Assembly: GCF_004010195.1 (NCBI RefSeq)
Contig: NC_057718.1
Coordinates: 7,011,579-7,075,578, forward strand
Length of the DNA: 64,000 nt
Direction of reading: 5' to 3'
Source of the DNA: Chiloscyllium plagiosum
Lineage: Eukaryota
The notes beneath the pieces are model-generated. The model did not search any database. It saw only the letters and a list, made by a program, of their open reading frames with translations, and was not told the DNA's origin. Both the position numbers and the translations under genes were made by a program. Below are positions 25,458-38,749 of this stretch, in pieces (the stretch's first letter is position 1; each line of letters begins with the position of its first letter).

Positions 25458-27329
25458 CTTTAAGAACAAAATCCACCAATCAAATTCTCTTCCTGTTTTG
25501 TTATAACACATGTGACAGTTTATGTGCACTACTTCAACAGGGTGGGAGGGGTGTTGGTTAGCTCAGTTGGCTGGATGGCTGGTTTACAATGCAGAGTAAC
25601 ACTAGCCCCTGCCCTGGCTGAGGTTCCCGTGAAGGACTCTCCTGCGTTCACAAGAATGATAACTTAACCCCTGGGATCAAGGTGTTGAGGAGAGATTACA
25701 CAAGTTATGCCTGTTTTCTGTAGAATTTAGAAAGTTAGGGGGTGGTCTGATCAAAGACTTTGAAATATTACCAGGTAAAGATAAACTGTTGCCAATTGAT
25801 TAGGAATTCTATGAGGGATAATCTGAGAATTAGGGCCAGACCATTCAGGAAAGATGTTAGGAAGCACTTCAACACACAAAGGTGGTAGGTGTTCAGAACT
25901 CTCATCCACTTTGGATGTAGGATCATGTAGCTGTTAATTTTAAACCTGAGATAGATGTTTTTTTTATAAGTGATACAGACTGAAGGCAGGGTTATGGCGT
26001 TAGGACACATATCAATCATTATCTCAATGTAAAGTGGGACAGATTCAAAGGGCTGAATGGCCTACTCCTGTTGCTCTGCTCCATCTCAACCTCTCCCCTT
26101 ATTTGAGGCGTGGTGACCTTCAGGTTAAATCACCACCAGTTGTCTCTGTCGTGGAGAAGCAGCCTATGTTTGTTCGGGCCATGGTGATGTTACAATGGTG
26201 TATCCTGATTTCACTGCTCACAATGCAGTCTCTACCTAGGGAAAGCAGACTAACTGATTGTTTTGCTGAACCCCGACATTAGTTCACAAACAGTTGAAGT
26301 TTCTGATCCCAATCAACTTAATCTGGTGCCCTATCCTCACCCCTGTATCTTCGATCTCTTAGAAATTTCAACAGAATTCCAAAGGAAGCTATCAGGAAGG
26401 CACGTCATTTTTTTTCCCATTTTGAAAATTTACTCTTCTCGAGATTCAAGAATTTCAGACCGTGAACACTGCTCCCATTTCATTCAGATGCTAGCAGTCG
26501 GTCACAATCCTCCAGCCCCAGTTCTCTACCAGATATACTAGCTGCAGGTTTAGTAGTCTCCCCCTATGAATGAAAATGTGTTTGGGGTTCAATTGTCCCT
26601 TGTGCATGTAGATACATCTTTTATGATTCCCCCTCTTTGGTTTCCTCAAACCCCTTCGTCACTTTACAGACCCTTGTCACGCCATTCCTGACTGTCCTCT
26701 CTTCTCCTGTAATGGCTCAATCGGTAACCTGCTGTTTCTGACTCTTATCATGGCTAATTCATTTAGAAGCGTAAAGTTTTATGACTCAGATGAAGACTCT
26801 TCGGCCCTCCATGCCTGGGTCAGTTCTTTGAGACCGTGATCAAGCCAGTCCCATTCTTCAATGTATTCCAAATGAAGCATTTATCTAATTCTCTTTTACA
26901 AGTTCAACTGAATATGTTTCCACCATTCCTTCAGGAAATCCCTTCCAGACGATTAATCTTTTGACTAGATTACATTTTTTGCAAAAAGTATTATAAACGG
27001 CTGTCTGCCTTTGTAGGAGTCAAACTAACAAAATTGACAGTTTTAAAGCCCATGAACGTCTGAGAATCCATTCCTATTGATGGCCCGGAAATCATAAAGA
27101 AACACAGTCAGTGTCCTGTTTTTCATTAATGGTGGAATTTCACTGTCCTAATTTACGAAATCATAAAATTACAGAATGGTAGATTAAATCATGAGAGAAA
27201 AACAATCAATATAACATTCAAAACCACCCTATGGACCAATATTTGACGAGCAGAGCACTGCACTTCCCGTTGAATATTTGGAAAGGACCTTATTCATTTT
27301 ATTACCTCGTGACTCAATTATTCCAACAA

Positions 27330-27600
27330 CTCCTGGCTGACCTCCCAAGTTCTACCCTTCATAAATGCAAGGTCATCCAAAACTCTGCTGCCTGTGTATT
27401 AGCACATAACAAGTCCCCTTCTCCTCACATGCCTGTGCTCACCAACATACATCAGCTCCCGATCAAGCGATGCCTTGACTTTAAAATTCTCACCCTCATT
27501 TGCATGTGTTCACCTCCCCCTCCCCAACTCTCTCTGGAATCTCCCCCTAACCCACCCTCTGGGATACCTGCCTTCACACAATTCTGACATCTTTGTCTAT
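27330..27600 (+). mobile_element. L2-type LINE 3' fragment (relatives at ~7855-8205 and ~56110-56570)
   Basis: IQNSAACVL...HMPVLTNIHQLPIKRCLDFKIL resembles the L2 ORF2 end. Confidence 0.7.
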
Positions 27601-27979
27601 CTGTAATTTTTTTGAAAATTCATTCATAAGATGCGGATATCACTGGCCAGGCCAATATTTATTGCCCATCCCTAATTACTCAGCGGGCACGTGAGAAGCG
27701 AATTGCTGTTTGTCTGGAGTCACATGTAGGTCAGACCACGTAAGGATGGCAGATTTCCTTCCCTTAGGAGCATTAGTGAACAAGATGGGTTTTTCCAACA
27801 ATTGGCAACAGGTTCATAGTCATCATTAGATTCTTAATCACAGATTTTAATTGAATTCAAATTCCACCATCTGCCATGGCAGGATTCAAGCCTAGGTCCT
27901 CAGAACATTACTAGTACCTTTGGATTAATAGTCCAGTGATAATACCACTAGGCCACCATCTTCCCTTAATTAGTACAAT

Positions 27980-30612
27980 CACTCCAAGATGTTTTCAGTT
28001 CCCTGGGACTCCGATGGTGTGGCCATTACTGAGACATGGATAGAGCAGGGTAAGGAATGGATGTTGCAGGTTCCAGGGTTTAGAGCTTTCATTAAAAACA
28101 GGCAAGGCAGTAAAAGAGGACAAGGTGTGGCTTTGTTAGTCAAGGATAATATAACGGTGGCTGAAAAAACGTTTGACGAGGACCAGTCTACTAAGGTGGT
28201 ATGGGCTAAGGTTAGAAACAGGGGAGGAAAGGTCACACTGCTGGGAGCTTTTTGTAGACCCCAGCAAAGTTCCAGGGATGTGGAGGAGAGGATTGGCAAA
28301 TCGATTCTAGGCAGGAGTGAAAGGAACAGGATGGTCATTATGGGGGACTTTAACTTCCCCATCAGTGACTGGAACCACTATAATTCTAGTATGTCGGATG
28401 GATCAGTTTTTGTCCAATATGTGCAGGAAGGTTTCCTGACACACTGTGTCAAAGGGCAGACAAGAGGGGAGGCCACACTGGATCTGGTGCTTGGTAATGA
28501 ACCAGGCCAGGTGTTTGATTTAGTGATAGGTAAGCACTTTGGAGAGAGTGATCATAATTCGGTTACGTTTAGTTTGGTGATAGAAAGGGAAAGGCACATG
28601 CCACAGGGCAAGAGTTATAGATGGGGAAATGGCAATTACAATGCGATTAGGCAAGACTTAGCATGCCTAGAATGGGCTAGCAAAATGCAGGGGATGGGGA
28701 CAACCAAAATGTGGAGCTGGTTTAATGAACAGATATTGTGTGTCCTTGATAGATATGTCCCTGTCAGGCAGGGAGGAAGTGATAAGGTAAGGGAGCCGTG
28801 GTTTACTACAGAAATTATAAATTTCTATAGTATTATAAATAATAAATTTCTATAGATGTGTGAAGAATAAAAGGATGATTAGGGCAGGAATAGGGCTAGT
28901 CAAGACAGAAGTGGGAAGTTGAGTGTGGACCCTGTGGAGAGGTGCTAAATGAAAATTGCTCAGCTGTTTTCACTCAGGAAAAGGACAATATTGTAGAGAA
29001 GACTCAAATAATGGCTATTAGACTTGAAAGGATTGAGGTTAGTAAGGAGGAAGTGATATCATTCTAGAAGGTGTGAAGTCCGCTGGGCTGTATGGGATTT
29101 TTCCAAGAATTCACTGGGAAGCTAGGAAGGAGATGGCCGAGTCTTTGGCCTTGATTTTTGAGTCATCTTTGTCTACAGGTTTAGTACCTGAGGGCTGGAG
29201 GATTGCAAATGTTATGCCCTTGTTCATGAAGAGCAGTAGAGATGACCCAGGTAATTATAGACCAGTGAGCCTTACGTCTGTTGTAGGAAAAGTTTTGGAA
29301 AGGATTATAAAAGATAGGATTTATAATCATCTAGCAAGCAACAATTTGGTTGGAAATAGTCAACATGGATTCATCAAGGGCAGGTCGTGTCTCACAAACC
29401 TCATTGAGTTTTTTGAGAAGGTGACCTAGCATGTAGGGCAGTTGACATGGTGTACATGGACTTCAGCAAAGCTTTTGATAAGGTTCCACATGATAAGCTT
29501 TTGGAGAAAATGCAGAGGCATGGGATTGAGGGTGATTTAGCAGTTTGGATTAGAAACTGGCTTTCTGTATGAAGGTAGCGAGTGGTATTTGATGGAAAAT
29601 ATTCAGCTTGGAGTCCAGTTACTAGTGGTGTGCCATTTAGATAAATGACTTGGATGCAGGCATAGGTGGATGGGTTAGTAAGTTTGCAGATGACATTAAA
29701 GTCAGTGGAGTGGTGGACAGTGTGGAAGAATGTTGAAGGTTGCAGGGGGACTTAGATAAACTGCAGAATTGGGCTGAGAGGTGGCAAATGGAGTTCAATG
29801 CAGCTAAATGCGAGGAGATTTTCTTTGGGAATAACAGGAAGGCAGAGTACTGAGTCAATGGAAAGATTCTTGGTAATGTGGGTGTGGCGAAGGATCTTGG
29901 AGTCCATGTACATAAATCCCTGAAAGTTGCCACCCAGGTTAATAGTGCTGTTAAGAAGGCATTAGGTTCATTGGGAGAGGGATTGAGTTCCGGAGCCGCA
30001 ATATCATGCTCCAACTATACAAAACGCTGGTGCGGCCACACTTGGAATTGCAGGGGGACTTAGATAAACTTCAGAATTGGGCTGAGAGGTAGCAAATGGA
30101 GTTTGCTCTGGAGTTCTGGTCGCCCCATTACAGGAAGGATGTGGAAGCATTGGAAAAGGTGCAGAGGAGATTTACCAGGATGTTGCCTGGTCTGGAGGAA
30201 AGGTCTTATGAGGAAAGGTTGAGGGACTTGGATCTGTTCTCATTGGAAAGAAGAAGGGTAAGGGGGGATTTGATAGAGACATACAAGATGATTAGAGGAT
30301 TAGATAGGGTGGACAGTGAGAGTCTTTTTCCTAGGATGATGACATCTGCTTGTACGAGGGGGCATTGCTGCAAATTGAGGGATGACAGATTTAAGACAGA
30401 TGTCAGAGGCTGGTTCTTCACTCAGAGAGAGGTAAGGGTGTGGAATGCCCTGCCTGCCAATGTAGTTAACTCAGCCACATTAGGGAGATTTAAACAATCC
30501 TTGATTAAGCACATGGAGGATGATGAGATAGTGTAGGGTGAAGGGCTTAGATTAGTTCACAGGCGGGTGCAACATCGAGGGCCGAAGGGCCTGTCCTGCA
30601 CTGTATTGTTCT
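27980..30612 (+). mobile_element. CR1 (HER1-like) LINE, decayed ORF2 with internal deletions
   Basis: APE endonuclease (AITETW, MGDFNFP, LDLVL, SDHN), RT (NYRPVSLTS, QHGF, SCLTNL, FADD), CR1 3' end; stops and frameshifts. Confidence 0.95.
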
Positions 30613-30771
30613 CTGATCTGTCTAGTCCTTATATAATGCTGGAAAATCTGCCCTGCAAACTCCCTGAGGCCTGAACATATTTCCTCAAAGTATAGCATCT
30701 GTAAAAGGTCAGCCGCCATTAATGACACAGCGTCAAGAGAACGTTCTGAACAAGTGAGAAGGTTACGGTAC

Positions 30772-30837
30772 CTGAAAAATGGCCAATCCTTGACCCTGTG
30801 CTGTTACAGTGACCAGCATGGGCTGCTGAATTCCAAT
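30772..30837 (-). CDS. CD109: CD109 exon, 66 nt: IGIQQPMLVTVTAQGQGLAIFQ
   Basis: AxGxGxAxxQ motif; acceptor tgatgcag, donor gtaccg; phase 0 to 0. Confidence 0.92.
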
Positions 30838-30914
30838 CTGCATCAAACAGAAGAAAAGGAGGGCATTAGGTGAAGTGCAACACTGAGAGCTCAAGATGCA
30901 GTAATAGAGAAAAC

Positions 30915-31361
30915 GATTTGGAGATGCCGGTGTGGGACTGGGGTGTACAAAGTTAAAAATCACACAACACCAGGTTATAGTCCAACAGGTTTAATTGGAA
31001 GCACACTAGCTTTCGGAGTGTCGTTCCTTCATCAGGATATGTGGATATGTCAACATTTGTCTAGCTAACACCAATTGTTACAGTTAACCTGAGAATGCAA
31101 CTTTTGAAAAAAAAGGTTTTGTGATTTACACATGAAAGAAGTGAAACTATCATGGTATTCGAACAGATGAAAGATTCAACAGACAATCAAGGTATTTTTC
31201 AATGTATAATTTCAGTTACATCACACTGTAAATTTTTGCGATAAATTCTGTGCCTTACAATTGTGCCCTCCACAACCACCTGATGAAGGAGCGGCGCTCC
31301 GAAAGCTAGTGCTTCCAATTAAACCTGTTGGACTGTAACCTGGTGTTGTGTGATTTTTAAC
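30915..31361 (+). mobile_element. Penelope-derived element (second family) with ~85-bp inverted ends and hammerheads
   Basis: Arms ~30951-31036 and 31279-31362; TSD TAGAGAAAAC at 30905-30914 and 31362-31371. Confidence 0.8.
31277..31311 (+). ncRNA. Minimal hammerhead ribozyme motif (CUA cleavage triplet)
   Basis: CAC-CTGATGA-A-GGAGC/GGC/GCTCC-GAAAG-CTA-GTG; AGCT palindrome. Confidence 0.75.
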
Positions 31362-33808
31362 TAGAGAAAACAATGCTGATCAGAATCATTCTGAATGTGA
31401 AGAAGTTCCAACATTGCTCCATCTCAATTAAGGTGTAGCTATTTTACTAAATCAATTAATCCAGAGGGTATAAGCTGTGGCAGTAAACATTTTCACCTCG
31501 GAATAATTAAATCACAGGTTCCTTCCAGATCTAGACATTCATGTCAAGAACATTCTAGGGACCAACAATAAATGCTTCCCCAGTCAGTCGCATGACTGAA
31601 TAAAAACAATTCACTTTTCACAGCATTGTGAGGCTGTGGAGTGCCCAGGTTTGTTCTTTATTCATTGCCAGGATGAAGGCATCTCTGGCCAGGCCAACAT
31701 TTATTGCCCCTCCCTAATTGCCCAGAGGGCAGTTAAGGGTCAACCACATTGCTGTGGGTCTGGAGTCACATGTAGGCCAGACCCGGTAAGGATGGCAGTT
31801 TCCTTCCCTAACTCACTCTTTGACTCCCCATGGGACTGCAGCAGTTCAAGAAGGCAACTCACCATCACCTTCTTCAGGGCAACCAGTTGGCTGGATGGCT
31901 GCTTTACAATACAGAGTGACACCATCCCCTGCCCTGGCTGAGGTTCCCATGAAGAACTTTCCTGTGTTCACAAGAATGATAACTTAACCCCTGAGATCAT
32001 AGTGTTGAGGAGAGATTATACAAGTTACGGCGGTTTTCTGTAAAATTTAGATATTTAAGGGGTGGTCTGATCAAAGACTTTGAGATATTAACAGGTAAGG
32101 ATAAGTTGCTAACTGATTAGGAATTCTGAGAATTAGGACCAGATCATTCAGGAGAGATGTTAGAAAGCACTTTGACACACAAAGGGTGCTAGGTGTTCAG
32201 AACTCTCATCCACATTGGATGTAGTTGTTAATTTTAAACCTGAGATAGTTTTTTTTTGTAAAAGGATATGGACTGAAGGCAGGGAAATGGAGTTAGGACA
32301 CAGATCAATCATTATCTCATTGAAAGGTGGGACAGGCTTAAAAGGCTAAATGGCCTACTCCTGTTCACTCCCTGACTCTCCAAGGGACATGAATTGCAGC
32401 GGTTCAAGAAGGCAGCTCACCATCACCTTTGTAAGGGCAACTAGGGACAGGCAATAAAGGCTGGCCCAGCCACTGATGCCCTCGTCGCACAAGCCAATAA
32501 AAACCAGACAGGTGGGTGATGGGTGGCACGGTATCTCAGTGATTAGCATGGCTGCCTCACAGCACTAGGGCCCTGGGTTTGAGCCCACCCTCAGGTTACT
32601 GTCTGCGTGGAGTTTGCACATTCTCCTGGATGGATTTCCTCTGAGTGCTCTGGTTTCCTCCCACAGTCCAAAGGTTAGGTGCAGGTTAGATGGGTTGGTT
32701 GTGCTAAATTGCCCATAGTGTTCAGGGGTGTGCAGGTTGGGTGGATTACCCACGGGAAATGTCAGGTTACAGGTATAGTGTAGGGAGTGGGTCTGAGTGG
32801 AATGCACTTTGCAGGGTTAGTGTGGACTCGATGGGCCAAATGGCCTGCTTCCCCACTGCAGGGATTCTATGATTGAATGCTCCCCACTTGCCGGGATGGG
32901 TGTAGCTTCAGCAACACTCAAGGACCTGACACCATCCAGGACATGGAATGTTAAAGTGGAAACAGGGTCAAATCCTTCGAGGCTTGAGTATGTGTGTGGT
33001 TGTTGTTGAGGATAAATGGGTGGAAAACTTTATATCTGATCTTTGTAATCCAATCATTTCAGTTAGTTCTTATGGACAACATGGTGGCTCAGTGGTTAGC
33101 ATTGCTGCCTCACAGTGCCAGGGACCCTGGTTTGATTTCAACCTTGAGTGACTGTCGGTGTGGAGTTTGCATGTTCTCCCTGAGTTTGTTTGGGTTTCCC
33201 CTGGGTGGTTCAGTTTCATCCCACAGTCCAAGGATGTGCAGGTTAGGTGAATTGACCAAGCTAAATTGTCCATAGTGTTCAGGGGTGTGTAGGTTAGGTG
33301 CATTAGTCAGGGATAAATGTAGAGTAATGGGTCTGGGTGGGTTACTCTTTGGAGGGTCAGTGTGGACTTGTTGGGCTGAAGGGCCTCTTTCAATGCTGCA
33401 GGGATTCTATGATGTATATGGTAGAGATAGAGACATTTCAGAAGCATTTAGACGTGCACCTGTGAGGACAAGACCATAAGCTAAGTCCTGGAAAATGGGA
33501 TTAATACTTCTTTGTCCAGTACAGGACTCAATGGGCTGAAGGGCTTTTTTGTGTGTTGTAGATCTACATGAGTCCATGGCCCAATGCTGTAACATAGTTT
33601 GTGATGTTTTTTTAACCGCGTAATGAACTTTGATGCTCTTTTATTCAAAGTACATTGGCAGCCTCTTGAGGATGTACTCCAGTAACTGACCACAACAATG
33701 CGCAAACTGCAGGATTAACACTCCTGGTCTGTCAAGTCAGGTTTCGCCTGATTTGCTGTGCGTTATCATCAGCTGGATTTGTAATGGAGATGGCACGTTG
33801 TTGCATAC

Positions 33809-33964
33809 CTGCACGCTCTGAAGTACAATCGCGTTGGCGGGGTTGATGGTGAAGTTTGCAGGCGCGGGTAGCCCTGGTGCTGTGACCGACACCGTGAGAT
33901 TCATCATAGGAGAGAAGATCTGAGCTGCAAACTGAGACAAGGCCTGGAGAGCCATAATTGTGTC
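33809..33964 (-). CDS. CD109: CD109 exon, 156 nt: DTIMALQALSQFAA...IVLQSVQ
   Basis: Continues STQ|DTxxALxAL; acceptor ggtttcag, donor gtatgc; phase 0 to 0. Confidence 0.95.
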
Positions 33965-34778
33965 CTGAAACCAAGAGAACATCATAGAACCTGAGAAACA
34001 ACCTGCGATGAGATGAGACTCTCAGAGAAAGGTGAATCGTGGGAGGGGAGGTTGGCTGCCGCATTCCCTTCATTCATGCGCATTCCAACAAACAGAGTTC
34101 TGAATCTGAAACTGGGAAGTGGGACCAACCCGCAAGCAACGCGGGCAAGATCGAGAAACATATCCCACAGGAGTGTGGCTCTCTCACCGAACCCCCTCTA
34201 CCCCCGTGCAGCTCCAGCTGGACAGAGAGCCGAGAGAAGTTGGGGTTATTCACCTCTGAGCAAGATGGAGTCAAGCAGAAATTGAGAAGTGGGATTCAAC
34301 GCAACGAGAGGCTCTGTTGAGTAAATGAGAAAGTGTAACCTCGGCCAATAGAGGAGACGGTTTTAAGATGATCAGAGGGGTTTTGGGATAGAGAAAGGGG
34401 TGGGTGGAGCGGATGGATGACTCGTTCAAAGAACCAGCGCAGGCAGGATGGGCTGAATGGCCTGCTGTTGAGTAACATAATTCTACAATTTCACTGCATA
34501 CATCAAAACAAAAGCAAACACAAGGAATGTGAATCAGGAAGAAAAGCAGAAATTGCTGTAAAAACTCAGTAGGTCTGACAGAATCTGTAGAGAGAAAGTG
34601 GAGTCCATGCCTGGGGTCCACTGACCCTTCCTCAGAACAGGGGCAATGGACCCAAACATTAGCTCTGCTTTCTCTCCACAGATCTACTGAGTTTTTACAG
34701 CAATTTCTGCCTTTGTTCCAGCATCTGCAATTCTCCGATTTCTTTCTGGTTGGATGTGAATCAGTGGATAGATTTTAC

Positions 34779-34975
34779 CTGAGTTGAGGAGAAGCCTCCA
34801 AGATGGTTCCTGCGCTCACTGAGCCAGTGCATAATGGGAATGCCATCCAGGAGCAAGCCCTGCTTCAGGTGTGACAACAGAGCATAGGCAGCAACCTCGA
34901 TATCTGACGAGAGGGGCTGGTGACTCCATCGGGAGGATGGTGTGTTCACAGGAGATGACCAGAACCTTCCACCAT
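34779..34975 (-). CDS. CD109: CD109 exon, 197 nt: GGRFWS...DIEVAAYALLSH...WLSERRNHLGGFSSTQ
   Basis: Conserved end of the thioester domain; acceptor tgtctcag, donor gtaaaa; phase 1 to 0. Confidence 0.96.
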
Positions 34976-35029
34976 CTGAGACAAGAGAGGAAGGTGATGA
35001 GCAATACTGACTCAGGATTGTCCTGCTCT

Positions 35030-35345
35030 GAAGGCAATGGCCTTGTGGTATTGTTGTGTGACTGTTAACCCAAGGACCTGGATTCAAATCCCACCACAGC
35101 AGATCGTGGAATTTAAATTTCATTTTTTAAAAATCTAGAGTCTAATGATGACCATGAATCGATCGTCAGGAAAATTCTATCTGGTTCATTAATGTGCCTT
35201 GGACAAGGAAAAAGCCATCCTTACCTGGTCTGACTCCAGACCCACAGCAATTTGGTTGACTCTTAACTGCCCTGTGGGCAATTAGGGATGGGTAAAAATG
35301 GCTGGTCTTGCCAGCAATGCCCTCATCTTGTGAACGGATAAAGAA
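35030..35345 (+). mobile_element. Second tRNA-derived SINE family (copies at ~4490-4795, 27615-27965, 31650-31810, 42785-43130, all minus)
   Basis: B-box-like ggattcaaatccc; tail ggcaattagggatggg...gccagc matches the LINE end at 47330-47398. Confidence 0.65.
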
Positions 35346-36299
35346 ATAAGTTCTGCCTTGGTCCATTTCATCCACAGAGGAAATTGTGTGGATTGATTCC
35401 TGAGTAAAACAGGATTGATTTTTGGGGAGGATTTCGTGAAGGGCAATGGAAATGTTCTCCCCTTGCGATAAATAGGTGTCATTGGCACAACAACTTACAT
35501 TAATATAAAGGGCTTGAACTTAGTTGTGAACAGACTACAAGCTAAGTCATAAAGAGGGGTAGTGAGGCAGGTGACCAGTTGGTCAATGGTGTAAGTACAA
35601 GGAACAATTTAGGGGAGACTAAAGAGGGGGTTGTTTAGGGAGGGAACTCAAGAGATTCAGCCCCAGCCAGCTCCAAGTACAACTGTCAACACTTCAGAGA
35701 AAGAAAGTGAGGCTGGACAAGAATGCTCAAGTAGCTCACTGCCATCCGAGACCAAATCAGTCTGTCTGATCAGGAGCCCATCCAACAGTTTAAACATTCA
35801 GTGCTCCCACCATCAGCACACTGTGACTGCAGTGTGTATCATTGACTGGACACAGAAAAGCATTCTGTCAATTCCTCAACTGCACCTTCCAAAACCTACA
35901 GCCTCCACTATCCAGAAAGACAAGCTGGTGGACTGGATCAGCACCATCGATTCCACCTCTGTGTGATGGGAAGTCTTTCAAGGGGCAATTGTATCAATTT
36001 GCAGAGGGAAGGCTCCCATCACTTTCAATCAGACCATCGGGCACGTGACCATTACCCATTACTGGTCATAGCAATGTGCATTGTGTCAGTGATCCCCAGA
36101 GGGATATGGGCCAAACGCAGGGCAGGCAGGACTAGTTTAATTTGTGACAGCATGGACTAGTTGGACCAAAGAATCTGTTTCCGTGTTGTATGACTCTATG
36201 ACTGCATTTCTCATTAGGAAACTAGGCAGGCATCTCTGTGTATTCATAGACAGCAGATAGCTGTGGATCACAATGTACATAGTTAATGAAAGACATCCA

Positions 36300-37068
36300 T
36301 GGTAATGATGGGGCACAGAGCACCCTGCGGAAACAAACAAGAGTAGGGCTTATGTAATAAAAAGTAGAGCCTTGGATAGTATTGTAGAACAGAGAGATCT
36401 GTGAGTTCAGGTACATAATTCATTGAAATTTGTGGCACAGGTAGGCAGGGTGGTCAAGAAGGTGTTTAGCATGCTTGCATTCATTGCTCAGACCTTTGAG
36501 TAGGAAGTAGGACATCATGTTGAGGTTATACAGGATGTAGGTCTCTTCTGGAGCACTGTGTCCAGTTCTGGTCACCTTGTCATGGGAAGGATATTGCTAA
36601 ACTGAAGAGAGTTCAGAAGAGATTTACCAGGATGTTGTCAGGACTGGAGGATTGAGTGATAAGGAAAGGTTGCATAGGCTGGGACTTTTTTAACTGGAGG
36701 CTGAGAGATGCCCTCATAGAAGTTTATAAGATCATGAGGGGCATGGATAAGGTGAATGGCAGGTTTGTTTTCCCTAGAGTGGGGGATGTCAAGACTAGGG
36801 GCATATTTTTAAGATGAGAGGAGAAAGATTTTAAAAAGGCATGAGGGGCAATTTTTGTTTTACGCAGAGTAGTTCATATGTGGAATGAACTTCCAGAGGA
36901 AGTAGTGGATGCAGGTACAACATGTGAAAGATATTTGGATAAGTGCATGAATAAGAAATGTTTGGAGGGATATGGGCCAAACGCAGGCCAGGTATAACTA
37001 GTTTAATTTGTGACAGCATAGACTGGTTGGACCAAAAAGTCTGTTTGCGTGTTGTATGACTCTATGAC
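36300..37068 (+). mobile_element. CR1/HER1 3' fragment
   Basis: Decayed ORF2 end plus ctctatga tail; a second tail lies at 36098-36203. Confidence 0.85.
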
Positions 37069-37229
37069 TGCATCCCTCATTCGGACCCAGAGACAGAGAG
37101 CCGAAGCAAATCTGCCTTTCTACGTTCAGTGTTTAATACCCAAAGTCCAGTGTTTAAATCTGATCAAAGACAAATCCATACTGTTGATAAAAATTTGTGT
37201 TATTTCAAGATGCTGACTTTCTACCATAC

Positions 37230-37401
37230 CTTGTTTATCTGCCCGTTGATTTAACTCATTCAGGGCTTCTGTTGCGTAGGTGCTGTTGGCCAAGGTTAAA
37301 GCGTATGTCACAAGAGAGAGGGTGTAGTTGCTGCTAATTCCATCTTGCAGCTTGGTTTCGAGATACCTCACAGCACCTGACACCTGGCCTAAAACTTTGC
37401 T
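37230..37401 (-). CDS. CD109: CD109 exon, 172 nt: SKVLGQVSGAVRYLE...NYTLSLVTYAL...LNQRADKQ
   Basis: Acceptor tttcttccag, donor gtatgg; phase 0 to 1; YTLxLxTYAL motif. Confidence 0.92.
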
Positions 37402-38749
37402 CTGGAAGAAACAGCATTTAAATCATTATCAAGTATATTCAAGGTGGAGACAGTCAGATGTTTTAATGAGGGAAACGATCAAGGGTTATGGGAAAAAGGC
37501 AGGAAAGTGGAGTTGAGGAATATCAGATCAGCCATGATCTCATTGAATGGCAGATCAGTCTTGAGGGGCTGAATGGCCTACTTCAGCTCCTATGTTTCCT
37601 GGCAAGCGAGGGTTAGAAATGGGCATTTGTGTTAAAATATTGAGGGAGTCTAAGAGGGTTTGTCCAATAATTAGCGTGTCTCCAAACTCAGAAATGTCAA
37701 ACTGGATCACAGTGATGATAATCAACTAGCGATGGGCACTATTTTCTCTTATCTCTGTTGTCCATCGTTTTCTGGGGCTGGCCACTAACATTTCCATCAG
37801 GCGATGGGGTTTCACACATAAGGTCAAAGTGTCTGTTCTTGTCAATATTACGTACAGGGAGACAGCTGCACTTTATATGTACCCCCACCTTGACCAGTTC
37901 CACGCGATGGCTTCTCTGAGAATCTTCGACAGGATGCATTCCAGCCTCTCAATCAGGTCTTTCGTTTCAGCTGCACCTCACGCAGTATAACCCCCTGTGA
38001 CAAAGCAGGGTGGAAGCAGCAGTAACACTGAATCCTCATGCACTGCCTTGACTTGTACTGCTGCCTCCTTACCCGATGGCTCCTTACCTTCGATAGTGGG
38101 AATACTTCAACACATCCACTGCAGTGGATCGAGAATGTTGCTCACCACTGCAAAGTCAGACACAGTCAGCGGAAGACTATAACGGCTGATCTTAGCAGTA
38201 AACCCCATTTATTTGTTTCAACAAACTTGTTTTCTTTTGTTTAAAGAACATTATTGAGCACTGTAAGTAATGCTTTCCTTTCCTTTTAATCCTCCTTTGT
38301 ATAACAACACTATATTGTTTTTACACTGTAAGATTTGTACCTGGGTATTTGTACCTAAGATGGCGCCATTAAAAGGCAGCCATTGTACAAACCTTTCACT
38401 GCACATCTGTATTGGAGTACAAGTGACAATAAAGGATATTCAATTCAATATTCTGCGAATACTTGATTTGATTTGATTTATCATTGTCACATACACCAAG
38501 GTGTGGATGTGCAGGTGTTGGACTGGGGTAGACAAAGTCAGAAGTCACAGGACACCAGGTTATAGTCCAACAGACTTCACCTGACAAAGGAGCAGCCCTC
38601 CAAAATCTTGTGATTTCAAATAAGCCTGTAGGACTGGGGTAGACAAAGTCAGCTTGGTGTTGTGTGATTTCTGGAAAAGCACAGCCGGTCAGGCAGCATC
38701 CAAGGAGAAGGAGAATCAACATTTCGGATGAAGTCCTGATTAGCTTAGC

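Noticed and set aside
27989..28855. Longest ORF (288 aa) as a host nuclease gene
   Set aside because: It is the APE domain of a broken CR1 ORF2.
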